A stretch of 59,051 bases of DNA, filler included. It is 2 parts of 2 records of this genome, joined end to end, with 100 filler letters (N's around TTAATTAATTAA, not from the genome) between each part and the next. Parts side by side here need not be neighbours in the genome. Positions count along the whole stretch, not along the records: positions 31,422 to 59,051 come from SRR20825006_2540; 1 more part is not named here. One strand, 5' to 3'. The notes under the pieces were generated by a model, which saw only the letters and a list, made by a program, of their open reading frames with translations, ran no database searches and was not told where the DNA came from. Made by a program: the position numbers and the translations under genes. Position 1 is the first letter of the stretch. Each line of letters starts with the position of its first letter. Below are positions 37,264 through 48,260 of the stretch, in pieces.

Positions 37264-38256
37264 GTGCAGAAAATTGGTGTTTTAGGTGCAGGTGCGTGGG
37301 GTACGGCGCTCGCCGCTGCGGCAGCCGCCGCCGGTCGCGACACGGTACTGTGGGCGCGTGAGGCTGAGGTTGTCGACGCCATCACCAAAACCCATGAAAA
37401 TACACCTTTCCTGCCGGGTGTAACGCTCGACCCAAAACTGAAAGCAACCGGCGCGCTTGAAGATTTGGCTGACCGGGATGCTATTTTGCTGGTGTCGCCC
37501 GCGCAGCACCTGCGCGCGATGGTGCGCGAGTTGAAGGCCCATGTGCCAGACGGTGTACCGCTTGTGATCTGCTCCAAAGGCATCGAAGTCGCCACAGGTA
37601 AACTGCTCAGCGAGGCTGTTACGGAAGAAGCACCCAGGAACCCGGTTGCTGTGCTTTCCGGCCCCACCTTCGCGATTGAAGTGGCACGCGGCCTGCCGTG
37701 TGCCCTTACGCTCGCGACAGAGGATAAAACTGTCGGCATGAGACTTGTTGAAGCGCTCGGCCGCCCGACCTTCCGCCCGTATTATAACTCGGATATTATT
37801 GGTGCCCAGATTGGTGGCGCGGTCAAGAATGTGCTGGCGATCGCGACCGGTATTTCAGCCGGGCTTGGGGTCGGCGAAAACGCACGCGCGGCCGTGATCA
37901 CCCGTGGCCTTGCCGAGATTATGCGCTTTGGCAAGCTCTATGGTGCACGGGAAGAGACGCTGATGGGCCTTTCCGGCCTTGGTGACCTGATCCTGACCTG
38001 TTCGAGCACCCAGTCCCGCAACATGTCGCTCGGGAAAGCGATTGGTGAAGGCCAGACGCTTGAAGAGATCATGGCTGGTCGTCGTTCCGTTGCGGAAGGC
38101 GCACATACGGTTGAAATCGTCTATAAAATCGCGGCGGAGAAGAAGCTCGACATGCCGATCACCACAGCCGTGTACCGTATTTTGAAAGAAGGCAAGGATG
38201 TGCGCCGCGTAATGGACGATTTGATGGCGCGCCCCTTCACAAGTGAAAACAACTGA
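37264..38256 (+). CDS. gpsA: NAD(P)H-dependent glycerol-3-phosphate dehydrogenase
   Basis: GAGAWGTALA, SKGIE, SGPTFA, KNVLAIA, GLGDLILTC..SRN. Confidence 0.96.
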   Translation: MQKIGVLGAGAWGTALAAAAAAAGRDTVLWAREAEVVDAITKTHENTPFLPGVTLDPKLKATGALEDLADRDAILLVSPAQHLRAMVRELKAHVPDGVPLVICSKGIEVATGKLLSEAVTEEAPRNPVAVLSGPTFAIEVARGLPCALTLATEDKTVGMRLVEALGRPTFRPYYNSDIIGAQIGGAVKNVLAIATGISAGLGVGENARAAVITRGLAEIMRFGKLYGAREETLMGLSGLGDLILTCSSTQSRNMSLGKAIGEGQTLEEIMAGRRSVAEGAHTVEIVYKIAAEKKLDMPITTAVYRILKEGKDVRRVMDDLMARPFTSENN

Positions 38257-38272
38257 CCAAGAGGAGACAGCC

Positions 38273-38575
38273 ATGCTGTTCGTTATTCTGGCGAAAGACA
38301 AACCGGGTAGCCTTGAAGTGCGCATGGCCAACAGGGAAGCGCATCTCAAATATCTGAGCGGCGCAGGCGACAGGGTGAAAGCGGCTGGCCCTCTTCTCGA
38401 CGGGGCAGACGAGCCCAAACCCATTGGCAGCATGATTGTGATTGATGCAGCATCCGAAGGGGCTGTGCGCCTTTTCGCGGACAATGATCCATACGCAACC
38501 GCCGGGCTTTTTGAGGGTGTTGAGATTCAGCACTGGCTTGGCGTGCTGGGCGATTGGGTGCCCAAGAAGGCTTAA
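38273..38575 (+). CDS. yciI: YciI family protein
   Basis: DKPG...R...REAHL, AGPLL, GSM, DPY; ATG after GAGGAG. Confidence 0.9.
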   Translation: MLFVILAKDKPGSLEVRMANREAHLKYLSGAGDRVKAAGPLLDGADEPKPIGSMIVIDAASEGAVRLFADNDPYATAGLFEGVEIQHWLGVLGDWVPKKA

Positions 38576-38597
38576 CCAGAACGGACCGGAGGCAGGC

Positions 38598-39005
38598 ATG
38601 GCATATTGGCTGGTGAAATCGGAACCGGAAGACTGGTCGTGGCAGGATCAGCTTGGTGTGGACAAGGAACCCTGGACTGGGGTCAGGAACCATCAGGCAC
38701 AGAAAAACATGCGCGCCATGAAGAAAGGCGATGAGGTGTTTTTCTACCATTCCGGCAAAGCACGGGAGATTGTTGGCCTGTGCATTGTTGCCGTGGGGCC
38801 TTATGACGACCCATCCGACGAGAAAGGCCGTTTTTGCCTTGTGGACCTGAAAGCCGTGAAGCCGATGCCCAAACCCGTAAGCCTTGCGGATATCAAAGCT
38901 GACGAGCGCCTGCATCACTTGGCGCTTGTGCGCCAGTCGCGGCTTTCGGTTTCTGAGATTGATGCTGAGAGCTGGAAGCTGATCTGTGCAAAAGGTGGCC
39001 TTTAG
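38598..39005 (+). CDS. EVE domain protein
   Basis: YWLVKSEP, WTGVRNHQA, GDEVFFYHS, SRLSV; ATG after GGAGG. Confidence 0.92.
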   Translation: MAYWLVKSEPEDWSWQDQLGVDKEPWTGVRNHQAQKNMRAMKKGDEVFFYHSGKAREIVGLCIVAVGPYDDPSDEKGRFCLVDLKAVKPMPKPVSLADIKADERLHHLALVRQSRLSVSEIDAESWKLICAKGGL

Positions 39006-39020
39006 GCCAAGCGGTCCCTT

Positions 39021-39401
39021 ATGCCCAAACCTTCACCCCTTGAGCTTGAAGATGTGCCTGCAGGCCCACCTGCTGGCACACTGCTGACCCACCTTGACGG
39101 ACTGCCCATCCATGGCGGCAAAGAACTGGTGTTCAGAGACGGTACGCTTGTGCTCAGGCTTTTGGTGCAACGCCTGGGCGACAGTGCCGTAGTGTATGAA
39201 AACCGCTGCCCGCACGCGGGCACACCGCTCAATATGTTTGATGACAAGTTCCTTGATATCACGGGCAAACGGCTGTTGTGCCGCACCCACGGGGCACTTT
39301 TTGATATTGAAGATGGGAAATGTCTTCGCGGGCCCTGCAAGGGCGATCATCTGAGAGCTGTTGCAGTTGAGATCAGGGACGGCGCGATCTACAGCTTATA
39401 G
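39021..39401 (+). CDS. Rieske [2Fe-2S] ferredoxin
   Basis: NRCPHAG and CRTHGALF...G.C..GPC. Confidence 0.9.
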   Translation: MPKPSPLELEDVPAGPPAGTLLTHLDGLPIHGGKELVFRDGTLVLRLLVQRLGDSAVVYENRCPHAGTPLNMFDDKFLDITGKRLLCRTHGALFDIEDGKCLRGPCKGDHLRAVAVEIRDGAIYSL

Positions 39402-39417
39402 AGGCTCACCGATGGGT

Positions 39418-40098
39418 TTAGATCATTACCGTGCCTGCGCGGCGCTGCTGTGTGGATGACGGTTTGCGGGCGTTACCAGGCAACTCTACAGAAACCGCAC
39501 GCCAATAACTCTGGTAGCCATCTTCGTGGATCACGGATTTCAGCACCATTGAAAGCTCGGGGTCATAATAGACCGTGTTGGTCTTGCGTTTGGCTTCATT
39601 ACCTTTTCTATATTCAGTAATAATATCAACCACAAAAACCTTCCGGTCTCCGCTCGAGAGCGGGATGGTTTTTTCGCCAATCACATGGATATTGGTCCAG
39701 AAATCAATCGCCGTGCCGCGGTTGATATTTTTGGTGTTGCCGCTGAAGCTAACCTCTTTGCCTACCTTGAGGGGGAACAATTGCTCGAGCGTGGTATAGT
39801 CAAAATCTGCTTCATACTGGTAGCCGAACTCAATACCGCTGACGTTATAGAGCCCACGATAATAGTTGTGCACAACCACACGTTCGTCGTTCCAGAAATA
39901 TTCGGTGGTGACAAGCTTGTCGGCGATTTTGGTGACTTCGGCAAAAAGCTCCTGCCCATGGCGCTGGATCACCGCTCTGGTGCCTACAATTGCACTCGGC
40001 GTAGCAGGAGCGCGCGCAACGGGGTCGCACGCGGCAAGAAATACCAATGTAAAAGCCACACAAAGGCGCGTTACCATAGGCACGCGTTTGTCTCCCAA
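39418..40098 (-). CDS. Hypothetical lipoprotein
   Basis: Lipobox FLAA-C; beta-rich body with YYDPEL..VLK; start uncertain. Confidence 0.6.
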   Translation of the reverse strand: MGDKRVPMVTRLCVAFTLVFLAACDPVARAPATPSAIVGTRAVIQRHGQELFAEVTKIADKLVTTEYFWNDERVVVHNYYRGLYNVSGIEFGYQYEADFDYTTLEQLFPLKVGKEVSFSGNTKNINRGTAIDFWTNIHVIGEKTIPLSSGDRKVFVVDIITEYRKGNEAKRKTNTVYYDPELSMVLKSVIHEDGYQSYWRAVSVELPGNARKPSSTQQRRAGTVMI

Positions 40099-40140
40099 TC
40101 TATCCTCATGCCCGTCATATCACCCATTCTTATAAGTGGG

Positions 40141-40170
40141 AAGAGCCGTGCTTGATAAGGCACGGCTCTT
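40141..40170. terminator. Strong hairpin after the TPR gene (possible terminator)
   Basis: AAGAGCCGTGC-N8-GCACGGCTCTT; weak U-tract on the minus strand. Confidence 0.5.
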
Positions 40171-40191
40171 TCTCTGTTAGGGCGTCAGCTT

Positions 40192-40710
40192 CTAGATCGG
40201 CCTTGCATCCTGCGGCTTGCCATCACGGCTACCGGATCGGCGGCCATCGGCCAGATCTATATTGTGCTGAATAATCATTGATTTAGGCGCGAACCGCAGG
40301 CCCTCTTTATACTGCTCGTAGGCGCGGTCAAAGTCCCCCGTCTCAAGGTAGATATTGCCCCGGTTGTTATAGAAGCGCCAGTTATTGGGAACAATGCGAA
40401 TAGCAGCATCGCAATGCTTCATCGCGTTTTCCCATTCCTCGTCCATGATATAGGTCACACAAAGACCGTTGTGCACACGGGCAGCCTGCATCGTGGTGAG
40501 ATCGTTGTTAAGCGTGCGCAGGTAGATTTTTCTCGCACCTGCGCTATCACCGGTCAGGATCAGACCATGAGCGCGCTCCAGACTGGTTGAGGCCCGCATC
40601 AGGACCTCAAATTTCATTGCACTTTCAGAAGTCGGCTTGTCTGCGTTTGCCACTGACGTAAAACCCAGCGCACACGCCGCAATAAGGACAGGACGAATTA
40701 ATTTATACAT
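40192..40710 (-). CDS. Exported tetratricopeptide-repeat protein
   Basis: Signal peptide; TPR motifs HNGLCV..., FYNNRGNIY..GDFDRA; ATG after GGAGG. Confidence 0.8.
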   Translation of the reverse strand: MYKLIRPVLIAACALGFTSVANADKPTSESAMKFEVLMRASTSLERAHGLILTGDSAGARKIYLRTLNNDLTTMQAARVHNGLCVTYIMDEEWENAMKHCDAAIRIVPNNWRFYNNRGNIYLETGDFDRAYEQYKEGLRFAPKSMIIQHNIDLADGRRSGSRDGKPQDARPI

Positions 40711-40858
40711 AAGGACCTCCACTTCACTGCTCCCCGCACTTCCTCGCCCCACGCAAGCATCATGATAGCACTATTTCCCCGTTCGTGCATCTGGCTCATA
40801 CTTGTGGCGCTGTGGATCGCACAACGGTTACACTATAACTATCCGGGTTGTGAGGCAA

Positions 40859-41380
40859 CTAAGCGTTGGTTTGGTCCCGGGGCCGCAAAAACTGTTTCAG
40901 TATGCCTGTGGACGGCGTGATGTCTGCAAGTGTGGTGTCTGGCAGCTCGATATCGGAAAACGTTCCCGTCGGGTATTTATAATCGAGTGCCGTCATGAGC
41001 TCCGCGTCGCCTGTGTAAACAAGATGCCGTGCAACATAGTGAAAGCCGGGGTTATGGCCCACCAGCAACGCGCGGTGAAATGCGCCCGCATCAGAGCGCA
41101 CAATGTCTAGGATAGCCTGCACGCTCGCACCGTATAACGCAGGCTCAAACTGGACCGGCCAGGCCAGCTCACCAGCCTGCATGACCAGGTCAAGCGTCTC
41201 ACGCGCCCTTAGCGCTGTTGAACAGAGCACAATCTCTGGTGCCACACCTTGGCGGGCAAGGGCACGTCCTATGTTTGCGGCGGCTTTTACACCGCGCGGG
41301 CTTAAGGGGCGATCATGATCCGAGACGCTCATATCTTCCCAATCAGACTTCGCATGTCGCAACAAATAAAGGTTTGCCAA
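40859..41380 (-). CDS. sixA: Phosphohistidine phosphatase
   Basis: LLRHAKS, DHDRPL, STA.RARET, VGHNPG. Confidence 0.88.
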   Translation of the reverse strand: MANLYLLRHAKSDWEDMSVSDHDRPLSPRGVKAAANIGRALARQGVAPEIVLCSTALRARETLDLVMQAGELAWPVQFEPALYGASVQAILDIVRSDAGAFHRALLVGHNPGFHYVARHLVYTGDAELMTALDYKYPTGTFSDIELPDTTLADITPSTGILKQFLRPRDQTNA

Positions 41381-41441
41381 TGCCCAACTCCTGTCCCACT
41401 GTTCGCGCCCACCATGCCACCTTCAGTGACGGAGCCATATC

Positions 41442-42059
41442 ATGATGACAGATTTTTTGATCGACGGCACGGGTGAAAAAGGAACCTTTTTGTTTGCGCA
41501 TGGCGCGGGCGCGGGCATGGAAAGCGATTTCATGGTGGCCTTTGCCACCGGCCTTGCAAAGCGGGGCTTTAGGGTAGCACGGTTTGAGTTTCCCTATATG
41601 GTCACCCGCCGACAGGACGGGAAAAAGCGTCCGCCAGACCGCGCGCCAAAACTTCTGGAAGCGTTCCGTATCGCAATCTCTGAGGTGCCCGGCACGGGTA
41701 AACTAATTATTGGTGGCAAGTCCATGGGGGGCCGCATCGCCAGTATGCTGGCTGCAGAAACACCAGACATTTGCGATGGTCTCTTGTGCCTTGGGTACCC
41801 GTTCCATCCGCCCGGAAAGCCCGAGAAGCTGCGAACCGAGCATCTGCCCGCCATTATCGCACCCACTTTGGTCATACAAGGGGAGCGCGACCCCTTTGGA
41901 GGCCGCGCTCTTGTTGATGATTTATCCCTGCCTTCAACCTTTCAGGTGCACTGGGCACCGGATGGTAATCATGACCTGAGCCCAAGGAAAGCATCTGGCC
42001 ATACGGCAGAAGACAACTGGAATGCAGCGATGGATACCGCCGCCGCCTATTTCAGCTAA
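41442..42059 (+). CDS. Alpha/beta hydrolase (KANSL3/Tex30-like)
   Basis: AHGAGA, GGKSMGGR nucleophile elbow, GYPFHPPG, QGERDPFG, DGNH. Confidence 0.88.
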   Translation: MMTDFLIDGTGEKGTFLFAHGAGAGMESDFMVAFATGLAKRGFRVARFEFPYMVTRRQDGKKRPPDRAPKLLEAFRIAISEVPGTGKLIIGGKSMGGRIASMLAAETPDICDGLLCLGYPFHPPGKPEKLRTEHLPAIIAPTLVIQGERDPFGGRALVDDLSLPSTFQVHWAPDGNHDLSPRKASGHTAEDNWNAAMDTAAAYFS

Positions 42060-42063
42060 CCGG

Positions 42064-42903
42064 CTATTTAGCCACTTTCATAAACTTGAGCGTCATGCGG
42101 TCACTTTCACCGATGGCTTCATATTTTTCCTTGTCCGTTTCACCAAGCGCGAGGCGTGGTGGCAGTGTCCAGACACCTTGCGGATAATTCGCTTCATCCT
42201 TCGGGTTGGCGTTCATTTCGGACGCGTCTACAAGCTTGAAGCCGTGTGCCTCGATGGCCGCAACCAGCTCGCTTTGTTTCCAGCGGCCTTTGCCCGCCGC
42301 TGCCAGACGGTCACCATCAAAGTCTTCACCAATGCGGTGCTGCACAACACCTATAACACCGCCCGGTTTCAACATGGACCACGCCTGGTCAAAACCCCGG
42401 TCGAAAAAGTCACGCCGCAACCAGTTATGAAGGGCACGTACGATGATGATGGCATCAAGGCTTTCAGCCTCCACGGGCAGGCCTTCCTGCGCCGGTATCC
42501 ATGTGGCGACAGCGTTTGGACCAAACACATCGCGCTGGGCCTCGAACTTCTCCGGGTATGCTTTCAGGTTGGCGGAATAGTTTGCATATTCCTTATATTC
42601 TTCCGGGTGGTGCTCAAGGCCAACATAGCGGCCTTCGTCCTTGAGAAGAGGCCCAAGGATGCGGCTATACCAGCCACCGCCAGGGTTCACTTCCGCGACC
42701 GTCATGTCAGGCGTAACGCCGAGAAAGCGCAGAAGCTCTTCCGGATGACGTGCCGTATCGCGCGCGGCTTCACCTTCCATACGGGCGCTGTTCTCATGAA
42801 CGGCTTTCCAGATTGCATCTTTTTCGTGCCCGTCAGATAGCGCCGCTACCGACAGGCTCATCGCTGCTGCTGCACCCGCAGCCCATTTCATCATCTGTTT
42901 CAT
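42064..42903 (-). CDS. Exported predicted class I SAM-dependent methyltransferase (COG4798-like)
   Basis: Signal peptide; RD.ARHP, VAEVNPGGGWY, LHNW, LKPGG, NANPKD, VWTLPP, IGESDRMTLKF. Confidence 0.85.
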   Translation of the reverse strand: MKQMMKWAAGAAAAMSLSVAALSDGHEKDAIWKAVHENSARMEGEAARDTARHPEELLRFLGVTPDMTVAEVNPGGGWYSRILGPLLKDEGRYVGLEHHPEEYKEYANYSANLKAYPEKFEAQRDVFGPNAVATWIPAQEGLPVEAESLDAIIIVRALHNWLRRDFFDRGFDQAWSMLKPGGVIGVVQHRIGEDFDGDRLAAAGKGRWKQSELVAAIEAHGFKLVDASEMNANPKDEANYPQGVWTLPPRLALGETDKEKYEAIGESDRMTLKFMKVAK

Positions 42904-42936
42904 CAGGTCTCTCCCTTATCCCTCATAATACCGTTT

Positions 42937-43617
42937 CTACCGCTGCAGCATCTGCTGTGCGGCTTTGACAAACTTCTCACTCGCATCCTTCTGGCCCAGG
43001 TCTGGCCGTGGCGGTTTATTCAAACCCGCCTTCACTGCATCTCGTTCACCAATTTTATCAAGCCATGCTTTCAGCGCATCAAGACCATCAAGCTCCACCC
43101 CCGCCCAGGCATGGGCACGCACCCAACACCAGTTGGCAATGTCCGCAATGCTGTATTCATCCCCTGCTAGATATGGGCTGTTTTGGAGTCGCTTATCGAG
43201 CACACCATAGAGCCTGCGTGTTTCGTTCTGATACCGTTCAATCACCGCAGGAATTTTCTCCGGAAAGTACCGGTAAAACACATTGGCCTGACCCTGCATC
43301 GGCCCCACACCCCCCATCTGAAACATCAGCCACTGCATGACAACCGAACGGCCTTTGACATCACTTGGCAGCAGCTTGCCATATTTTTCCGCCAGATAAA
43401 CCATGATTGCACCTGATTCGAACACGGCAAAATCGTCGTTTTCGTGATCCACAATAGCGGGGATGCGTCCGTTCGGGTTGATCGTCAGATACCCGTCTTT
43501 CTTCTGATCACCGTCGCTTAAGCTCAAAACCTTGAGTTCATAGAGCACGCCCAGTTCCTCAAGCAGGATTGAGGCTTTGTAGCCGTTTGGTGTCGCAGCC
43601 GTATAGAGCGTGATCAT
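42937..43617 (-). CDS. Glutathione S-transferase, YfcG/YghU (Nu) class
   Basis: [38 protein letters not shown]. Confidence 0.9.
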   Translation of the reverse strand: MITLYTAATPNGYKASILLEELGVLYELKVLSLSDGDQKKDGYLTINPNGRIPAIVDHENDDFAVFESGAIMVYLAEKYGKLLPSDVKGRSVVMQWLMFQMGGVGPMQGQANVFYRYFPEKIPAVIERYQNETRRLYGVLDKRLQNSPYLAGDEYSIADIANWCWVRAHAWAGVELDGLDALKAWLDKIGERDAVKAGLNKPPRPDLGQKDASEKFVKAAQQMLQR

Positions 43618-43846
43618 AGTCGAGCATCCCTGAGTTTAAGAAAAAGCTTAAGCCGAGCATAAGATAGCGGGAATGTGTGCGAGTTAAAGCTCACGCCCGA
43701 TAACATTTCTGGCATCAATAACCGCCCCGAAGCCCTCATGAAACGCTACCGAACCGCCCTAGATGCCGTAACGTATAAGGACAATCTATACTTTCATCTT
43801 ATTTGCGATATAGTTGAGTGTCGGCGTGGAAATAATAAGAGCTTTT

Positions 43847-46144
43847 ATGACCAAGCGTACCTGGCGATCCATACTGCCCCCGCTCATACTTGCAGTTCTC
43901 ATCGCGGCTTTTGCGGTATGGCAGGAAAACAACCTAACCAACGTTCTTCAGGATCAGGTTCAGGGCGCGCTTGAGAATACTCTGAACGAAAGCCAAACGG
44001 CGGCGCATACCTGGCATAAAACTCATACAGCGCATATCTCATCGATTTCCCAGAACATAGAGATCCTCGAAGCGACCGAGTCGCTTTTGACGATCGAGGG
44101 CACCGAAGCGCTCCTGCAGGCGTCCGCCCTTGCTGATCTTCGTGCACATGTTTCACGCATCCTGACCAACTATGGCTATCTCGGATTTTTTGTCATTACC
44201 CCGGACGGCACCAGCATCGCTTCCATGCGGGACAGCAATGTGGGTGACACCAACCTGATCGCCGTTCACGCACCGGAGGTGTTTGCGACCGCCGTGAACG
44301 GTACACCGACCATCACGCCGCCGCTGCAAACCGATGTTCCTGTGGTTGGGGCCAGCGGTGTGGTCTCCAGGGCTGCGCCCACCATGTTCTCCCTTGCGCC
44401 TATTCGTAACCGGCAGGGCGATGTGATTGCCGTGTTCACGCTACGCATGAACCCCTTAAGTGAATTTTCGCCGATTTTTGAACGTGGTCAGACCGGCCAG
44501 ACCGGTGAAACTTATGCCTTTGATAAAACAGGCACCATGCTGAGCGAAAGCCGCGCTTTGGACAGGCTCAGGTTTCTGGGGCTTCTAGGGCCTAACGAGA
44601 CCAGCACACTGAATATACTGGTGCGGGACCCTGGATTTAATGCGTTTGACGGATCAAGTGAGGTCAATATGGCGGCCAAACCACCAACACTGATGGCAGC
44701 CAGCGCGATTAAAGGGGATAAGGGCACCAGCCTGACGCCCTACAGAAACTATTATGGCCAGAATGTTATTGGCACCTGGGTTTGGGACAGTGAGCTCGGC
44801 TTTGGGATCGCCACCGAGATGGCGAGCATGGAAGCCTACGGGGTGCTGGAGACAAGCGTCGCTACCATGCGGTCTTTTGCGGCCTGCACCATTTTGCTGA
44901 TCCTGCTTCTTTCCTATGTGCAGCATCGGAACCGCCGCACGCGGCACGCACAAGAGCTTGAGGTTCTTAAAGCGCTTGATCAGGCGGAACAGGCCAATCA
45001 GGCCAAGATGATCTTTCTGTCCTCAATGAGCCATGAACTGCGGACGCCCCTCAACGCAGTTATCGGCTTTTCACAATTGCTGCTGGACGAAAAGAGCGTA
45101 CAGGCAAACGCTGAGCACAAAGAACAAATCAGTCATATATTGACGAGCGGTGAGCATCTGCTTGCCCTTGTGGACGAAGTGCTTGAGTTCGCCAAGCTCG
45201 ACCTTGGGGCGCTGTCTTTCAATTATGGCCGGACCCACATGGGCGAGATTGTGAACGCTTCGATCAAGATGGTGGACGCTCTGGCACGGGACCGCCATGT
45301 AACAATCGACTACCAGGGCACAGCTTTTGAGGAGCTTCCTCTGATATGGACAGACGTCACGAGGCTGCGGCAAGTGCTTCTCAACCTGCTGTCAAATGCG
45401 GTGAAATATAACCACCGGGGAGGCACAGTCACGGTGAGAGTTGCCCTTGAAGCCAAATATGTGCTTTTCAGCGTTGTGGACAGCGGGCGTGGTATCGCGG
45501 AGGAGGATATGGACAAGCTGTGGGAGCCCTTCACCCGCCTTGGTGCGGAGCAAAGCGACGTGGAAGGCTCGGGCATCGGGCTCGCCTTTTCACGCAAGAT
45601 CGTTGAAGCGCTTGATGGTGAAATCGGGGTCGAAAGCACGGTCGGGGCTGGTAGCCGCTTCTGGTTCCGCCTGCCTCTGCATGTCTCAACAGACACGCCA
45701 GCAAAAATGCCCACCCGTAGTGGCGGAGCATATACCACCCCCATAGGCCTCAAAAACATCAAGATCCTGTGCATTGAGGATATTGAGCTGAACCAGGAGA
45801 TCGTTCGCCGCATGCTTCTGAAAGCAGGCATTACCCAGCTCTATTTTGCAGGTGACGGACAGTCAGCGCTCGAAAAACTGCAGCATGACACCTTTGGTGT
45901 GATTCTCCTTGATATCAACCTGCCGGATATGGACGGTTTTGAGTTCAACCGACGCAAAACCAGCCTTGGCCTGGCAAAGGAAACCCCGGTGATCGCACTG
46001 ACAGCAAGCACCTCGCCTGAAACCCAGCAAATGGCACGGGAGGCCGGCATCAATGGTTTTGTGGGTAAACCAATCAAGTATGACATGCTGATTGATGCCA
46101 TATCCGCCCAGGTAGACCCTGAACAAAAGCCCATGCAGCACTAG
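43847..46144 (+). CDS. Hybrid sensor histidine kinase (periplasmic Cache-like sensor, HisKA, HATPase, receiver)
   Basis: Two TMs, [24 protein letters not shown], receiver [11 protein letters not shown]...KP; start may be 43814. Confidence 0.9.
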   Translation: MTKRTWRSILPPLILAVLIAAFAVWQENNLTNVLQDQVQGALENTLNESQTAAHTWHKTHTAHISSISQNIEILEATESLLTIEGTEALLQASALADLRAHVSRILTNYGYLGFFVITPDGTSIASMRDSNVGDTNLIAVHAPEVFATAVNGTPTITPPLQTDVPVVGASGVVSRAAPTMFSLAPIRNRQGDVIAVFTLRMNPLSEFSPIFERGQTGQTGETYAFDKTGTMLSESRALDRLRFLGLLGPNETSTLNILVRDPGFNAFDGSSEVNMAAKPPTLMAASAIKGDKGTSLTPYRNYYGQNVIGTWVWDSELGFGIATEMASMEAYGVLETSVATMRSFAACTILLILLLSYVQHRNRRTRHAQELEVLKALDQAEQANQAKMIFLSSMSHELRTPLNAVIGFSQLLLDEKSVQANAEHKEQISHILTSGEHLLALVDEVLEFAKLDLGALSFNYGRTHMGEIVNASIKMVDALARDRHVTIDYQGTAFEELPLIWTDVTRLRQVLLNLLSNAVKYNHRGGTVTVRVALEAKYVLFSVVDSGRGIAEEDMDKLWEPFTRLGAEQSDVEGSGIGLAFSRKIVEALDGEIGVESTVGAGSRFWFRLPLHVSTDTPAKMPTRSGGAYTTPIGLKNIKILCIEDIELNQEIVRRMLLKAGITQLYFAGDGQSALEKLQHDTFGVILLDINLPDMDGFEFNRRKTSLGLAKETPVIALTASTSPETQQMAREAGINGFVGKPIKYDMLIDAISAQVDPEQKPMQH

Positions 46145-46153
46145 TTGATAGAA

Positions 46154-46175
46154 AAAGGGCGCTCAAGCGCCCTTT
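46154..46175. terminator. Bidirectional intrinsic terminator between convergent HK and acs
   Basis: AAAGGGCGC-TCAA-GCGCCCTTT. Confidence 0.75.
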
Positions 46176-46193
46176 AAACTCACCTTAAGCCAG

Positions 46194-48131
46194 CTAGCGA
46201 TTCAGCCTGTTCTCAATGAGATCGTCCACCACGCCTGGATCTGCAAGGGTCGATGTATCCCCCAGATTGCTGAAGTCATTGCCCGCAATCTTACGTAGAA
46301 TACGTCGCATGATCTTGCCTGAGCGCGTTTTCGGCAGAGCCGGCGCAAACTGGATATGATCAGGCGTTGCCACCGGGCCAATTTCCTTGCGCACAAAAGC
46401 AACCAACTCATTGCGCAGCTCGTCACTCGGCACCGTATCTTCAGGGGGTGTCACATAGGCGTAAATGCCTTGCCCCTTGATGTCATGTGGGAAACCAACA
46501 ACAGCTGCCTCAGATACCCCTGTATGCGCCACAAGGGCCGATTCGATTTCGGCCGTACCGATCCGGTGCCCCGACACATTGATCACGTCATCAACCCGGC
46601 CGGTTATCCAATAATAGCCATCGTCGTCCCGCCGGCAGCCATCACCGGTAAAATAGAGGCCTTTATAGGTTGAAAAATAGGTTTGGATGAACCTTTTATG
46701 GTCGCCATAAATCGTCCGAGCCTGCCCCGGCCAACTGTCCTTGATCACCAGATTGCCGGACGTGGCACCGTCAAGAAATCCCCCTGCCTGGTCCACAAGC
46801 GCGGGCTGCACACCAAAAAATGGACGGGTTGCTGAGCCCGGTTTCATGGCGGTTGCGCCCGGCAGTGGCGAAATCATGATACCGCCGGTTTCTGTCTGCC
46901 ACCATGTATCAACAACCGGGCAGCGCTCATCGCCCACCACGCGGTGATACCATAACCAGGCTTCGGGATTAATGGGTTCGCCTACACTACCGAGTAAGCG
47001 AATGGAGGAACGGTCATGTTTTTTCACATGATCGTCGCCAAGGCGCTGAAGCGCCCGGATCGCCGTCGGTGCTGTATAAAAAATGTTGACCTTGTGCTTG
47101 TCACAGACCTGCCAGAAGCGTCCGGCGTCCGGGTAAGTCGGCACACCCTCAAAAACAAGCGTCGTCGCGCCATTTGCGAGCGGCCCATAGACGATATAGC
47201 TGTGGCCAGTGACCCAGCCCACATCTGCCGTGCACCAGTAAATCTCGCCCCTTTTATAATCAAACGCATATTCATGGGTCATTGATGCCCACACCATATA
47301 CCCGCCTGTGGTATGGAGTACCCCTTTGGGAGAGCCGGTTGAGCCGCTGGTATAGAGAATGAAGAGCGGATCTTCCGCCTTCATTTCCTCCGGCGCACAG
47401 TCGCTGGAAACATCTGCCACAGCCTCATGGTACCAAATGTCGCGCCCTTCAACCCAGCCAGTATCAGTGCCCGTGCGACGCACCACCACAACGCTCGTAA
47501 CATCGGGGCACTTCTCAAGCGCCGCATCAACATTCACCTTAAGCGGTATCTTTTTTGTGCCGCGCAAACCTTCGTCTGCGGTGATCACAAGGGTTGACGC
47601 ACAGTCCAGTATACGGCCCGCCAGTGCATCCGGCGAGAAACCACCAAACACGACAGAATGCACTGCGCCAATGCGCGCACACGCCAGCATGGCGTAGACG
47701 GCCTCAGGGATCATCGGCATATAGATGGTGACACGGTCACCCTTCCTGGCGCCGCGTGCCTTCAGCACATTCGCAAAACGGCAAACTTCACGGTGAAGCT
47801 CAGCATAGGTGATGTGCTTATGGTCCGCCGGGTCGTCACCTTCCCAAATGATGGCCACATCATCCGCGCGCTCAGGCAAGTGCCGGTCGATACAGTTGAC
47901 CGACGCATTGAGTGTGCCGTCCTCAAACCAGCGAATAGAAACATCATCCTCAAAACTTGTGTTTTTGATTCTGGTGTAGGGAGTGATCCAATCGATGCGC
48001 TTACCTTCTTCACGCCAGAAACCTTCCGGGTCGACAAGCGAACGCTCGTACATCTCCTGGTATTTTTCATTGGTGCAGTGGGTGCCTTCAAGTGCCGTTT
48101 GCGGCACCGGAAACGTTAAATCTTCGCTCAT
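46194..48131 (-). CDS. acs: Acetyl-CoA synthetase
   Basis: [42 protein letters not shown] after GGAGGG. Confidence 0.96.
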   Translation of the reverse strand: MSEDLTFPVPQTALEGTHCTNEKYQEMYERSLVDPEGFWREEGKRIDWITPYTRIKNTSFEDDVSIRWFEDGTLNASVNCIDRHLPERADDVAIIWEGDDPADHKHITYAELHREVCRFANVLKARGARKGDRVTIYMPMIPEAVYAMLACARIGAVHSVVFGGFSPDALAGRILDCASTLVITADEGLRGTKKIPLKVNVDAALEKCPDVTSVVVVRRTGTDTGWVEGRDIWYHEAVADVSSDCAPEEMKAEDPLFILYTSGSTGSPKGVLHTTGGYMVWASMTHEYAFDYKRGEIYWCTADVGWVTGHSYIVYGPLANGATTLVFEGVPTYPDAGRFWQVCDKHKVNIFYTAPTAIRALQRLGDDHVKKHDRSSIRLLGSVGEPINPEAWLWYHRVVGDERCPVVDTWWQTETGGIMISPLPGATAMKPGSATRPFFGVQPALVDQAGGFLDGATSGNLVIKDSWPGQARTIYGDHKRFIQTYFSTYKGLYFTGDGCRRDDDGYYWITGRVDDVINVSGHRIGTAEIESALVAHTGVSEAAVVGFPHDIKGQGIYAYVTPPEDTVPSDELRNELVAFVRKEIGPVATPDHIQFAPALPKTRSGKIMRRILRKIAGNDFSNLGDTSTLADPGVVDDLIENRLNR

Positions 48132-48260
48132 GACCTTTACTCCCTCCAATTAACTGAGCCAGTTAACCGAGGGGATCATGACGGCAGATGGCAATCGTTG
48201 CAAGTTCTACTATGGCAACGATGTCATTTTCGTGATTCTACTGTGAGGTCAGGCGCCTGA

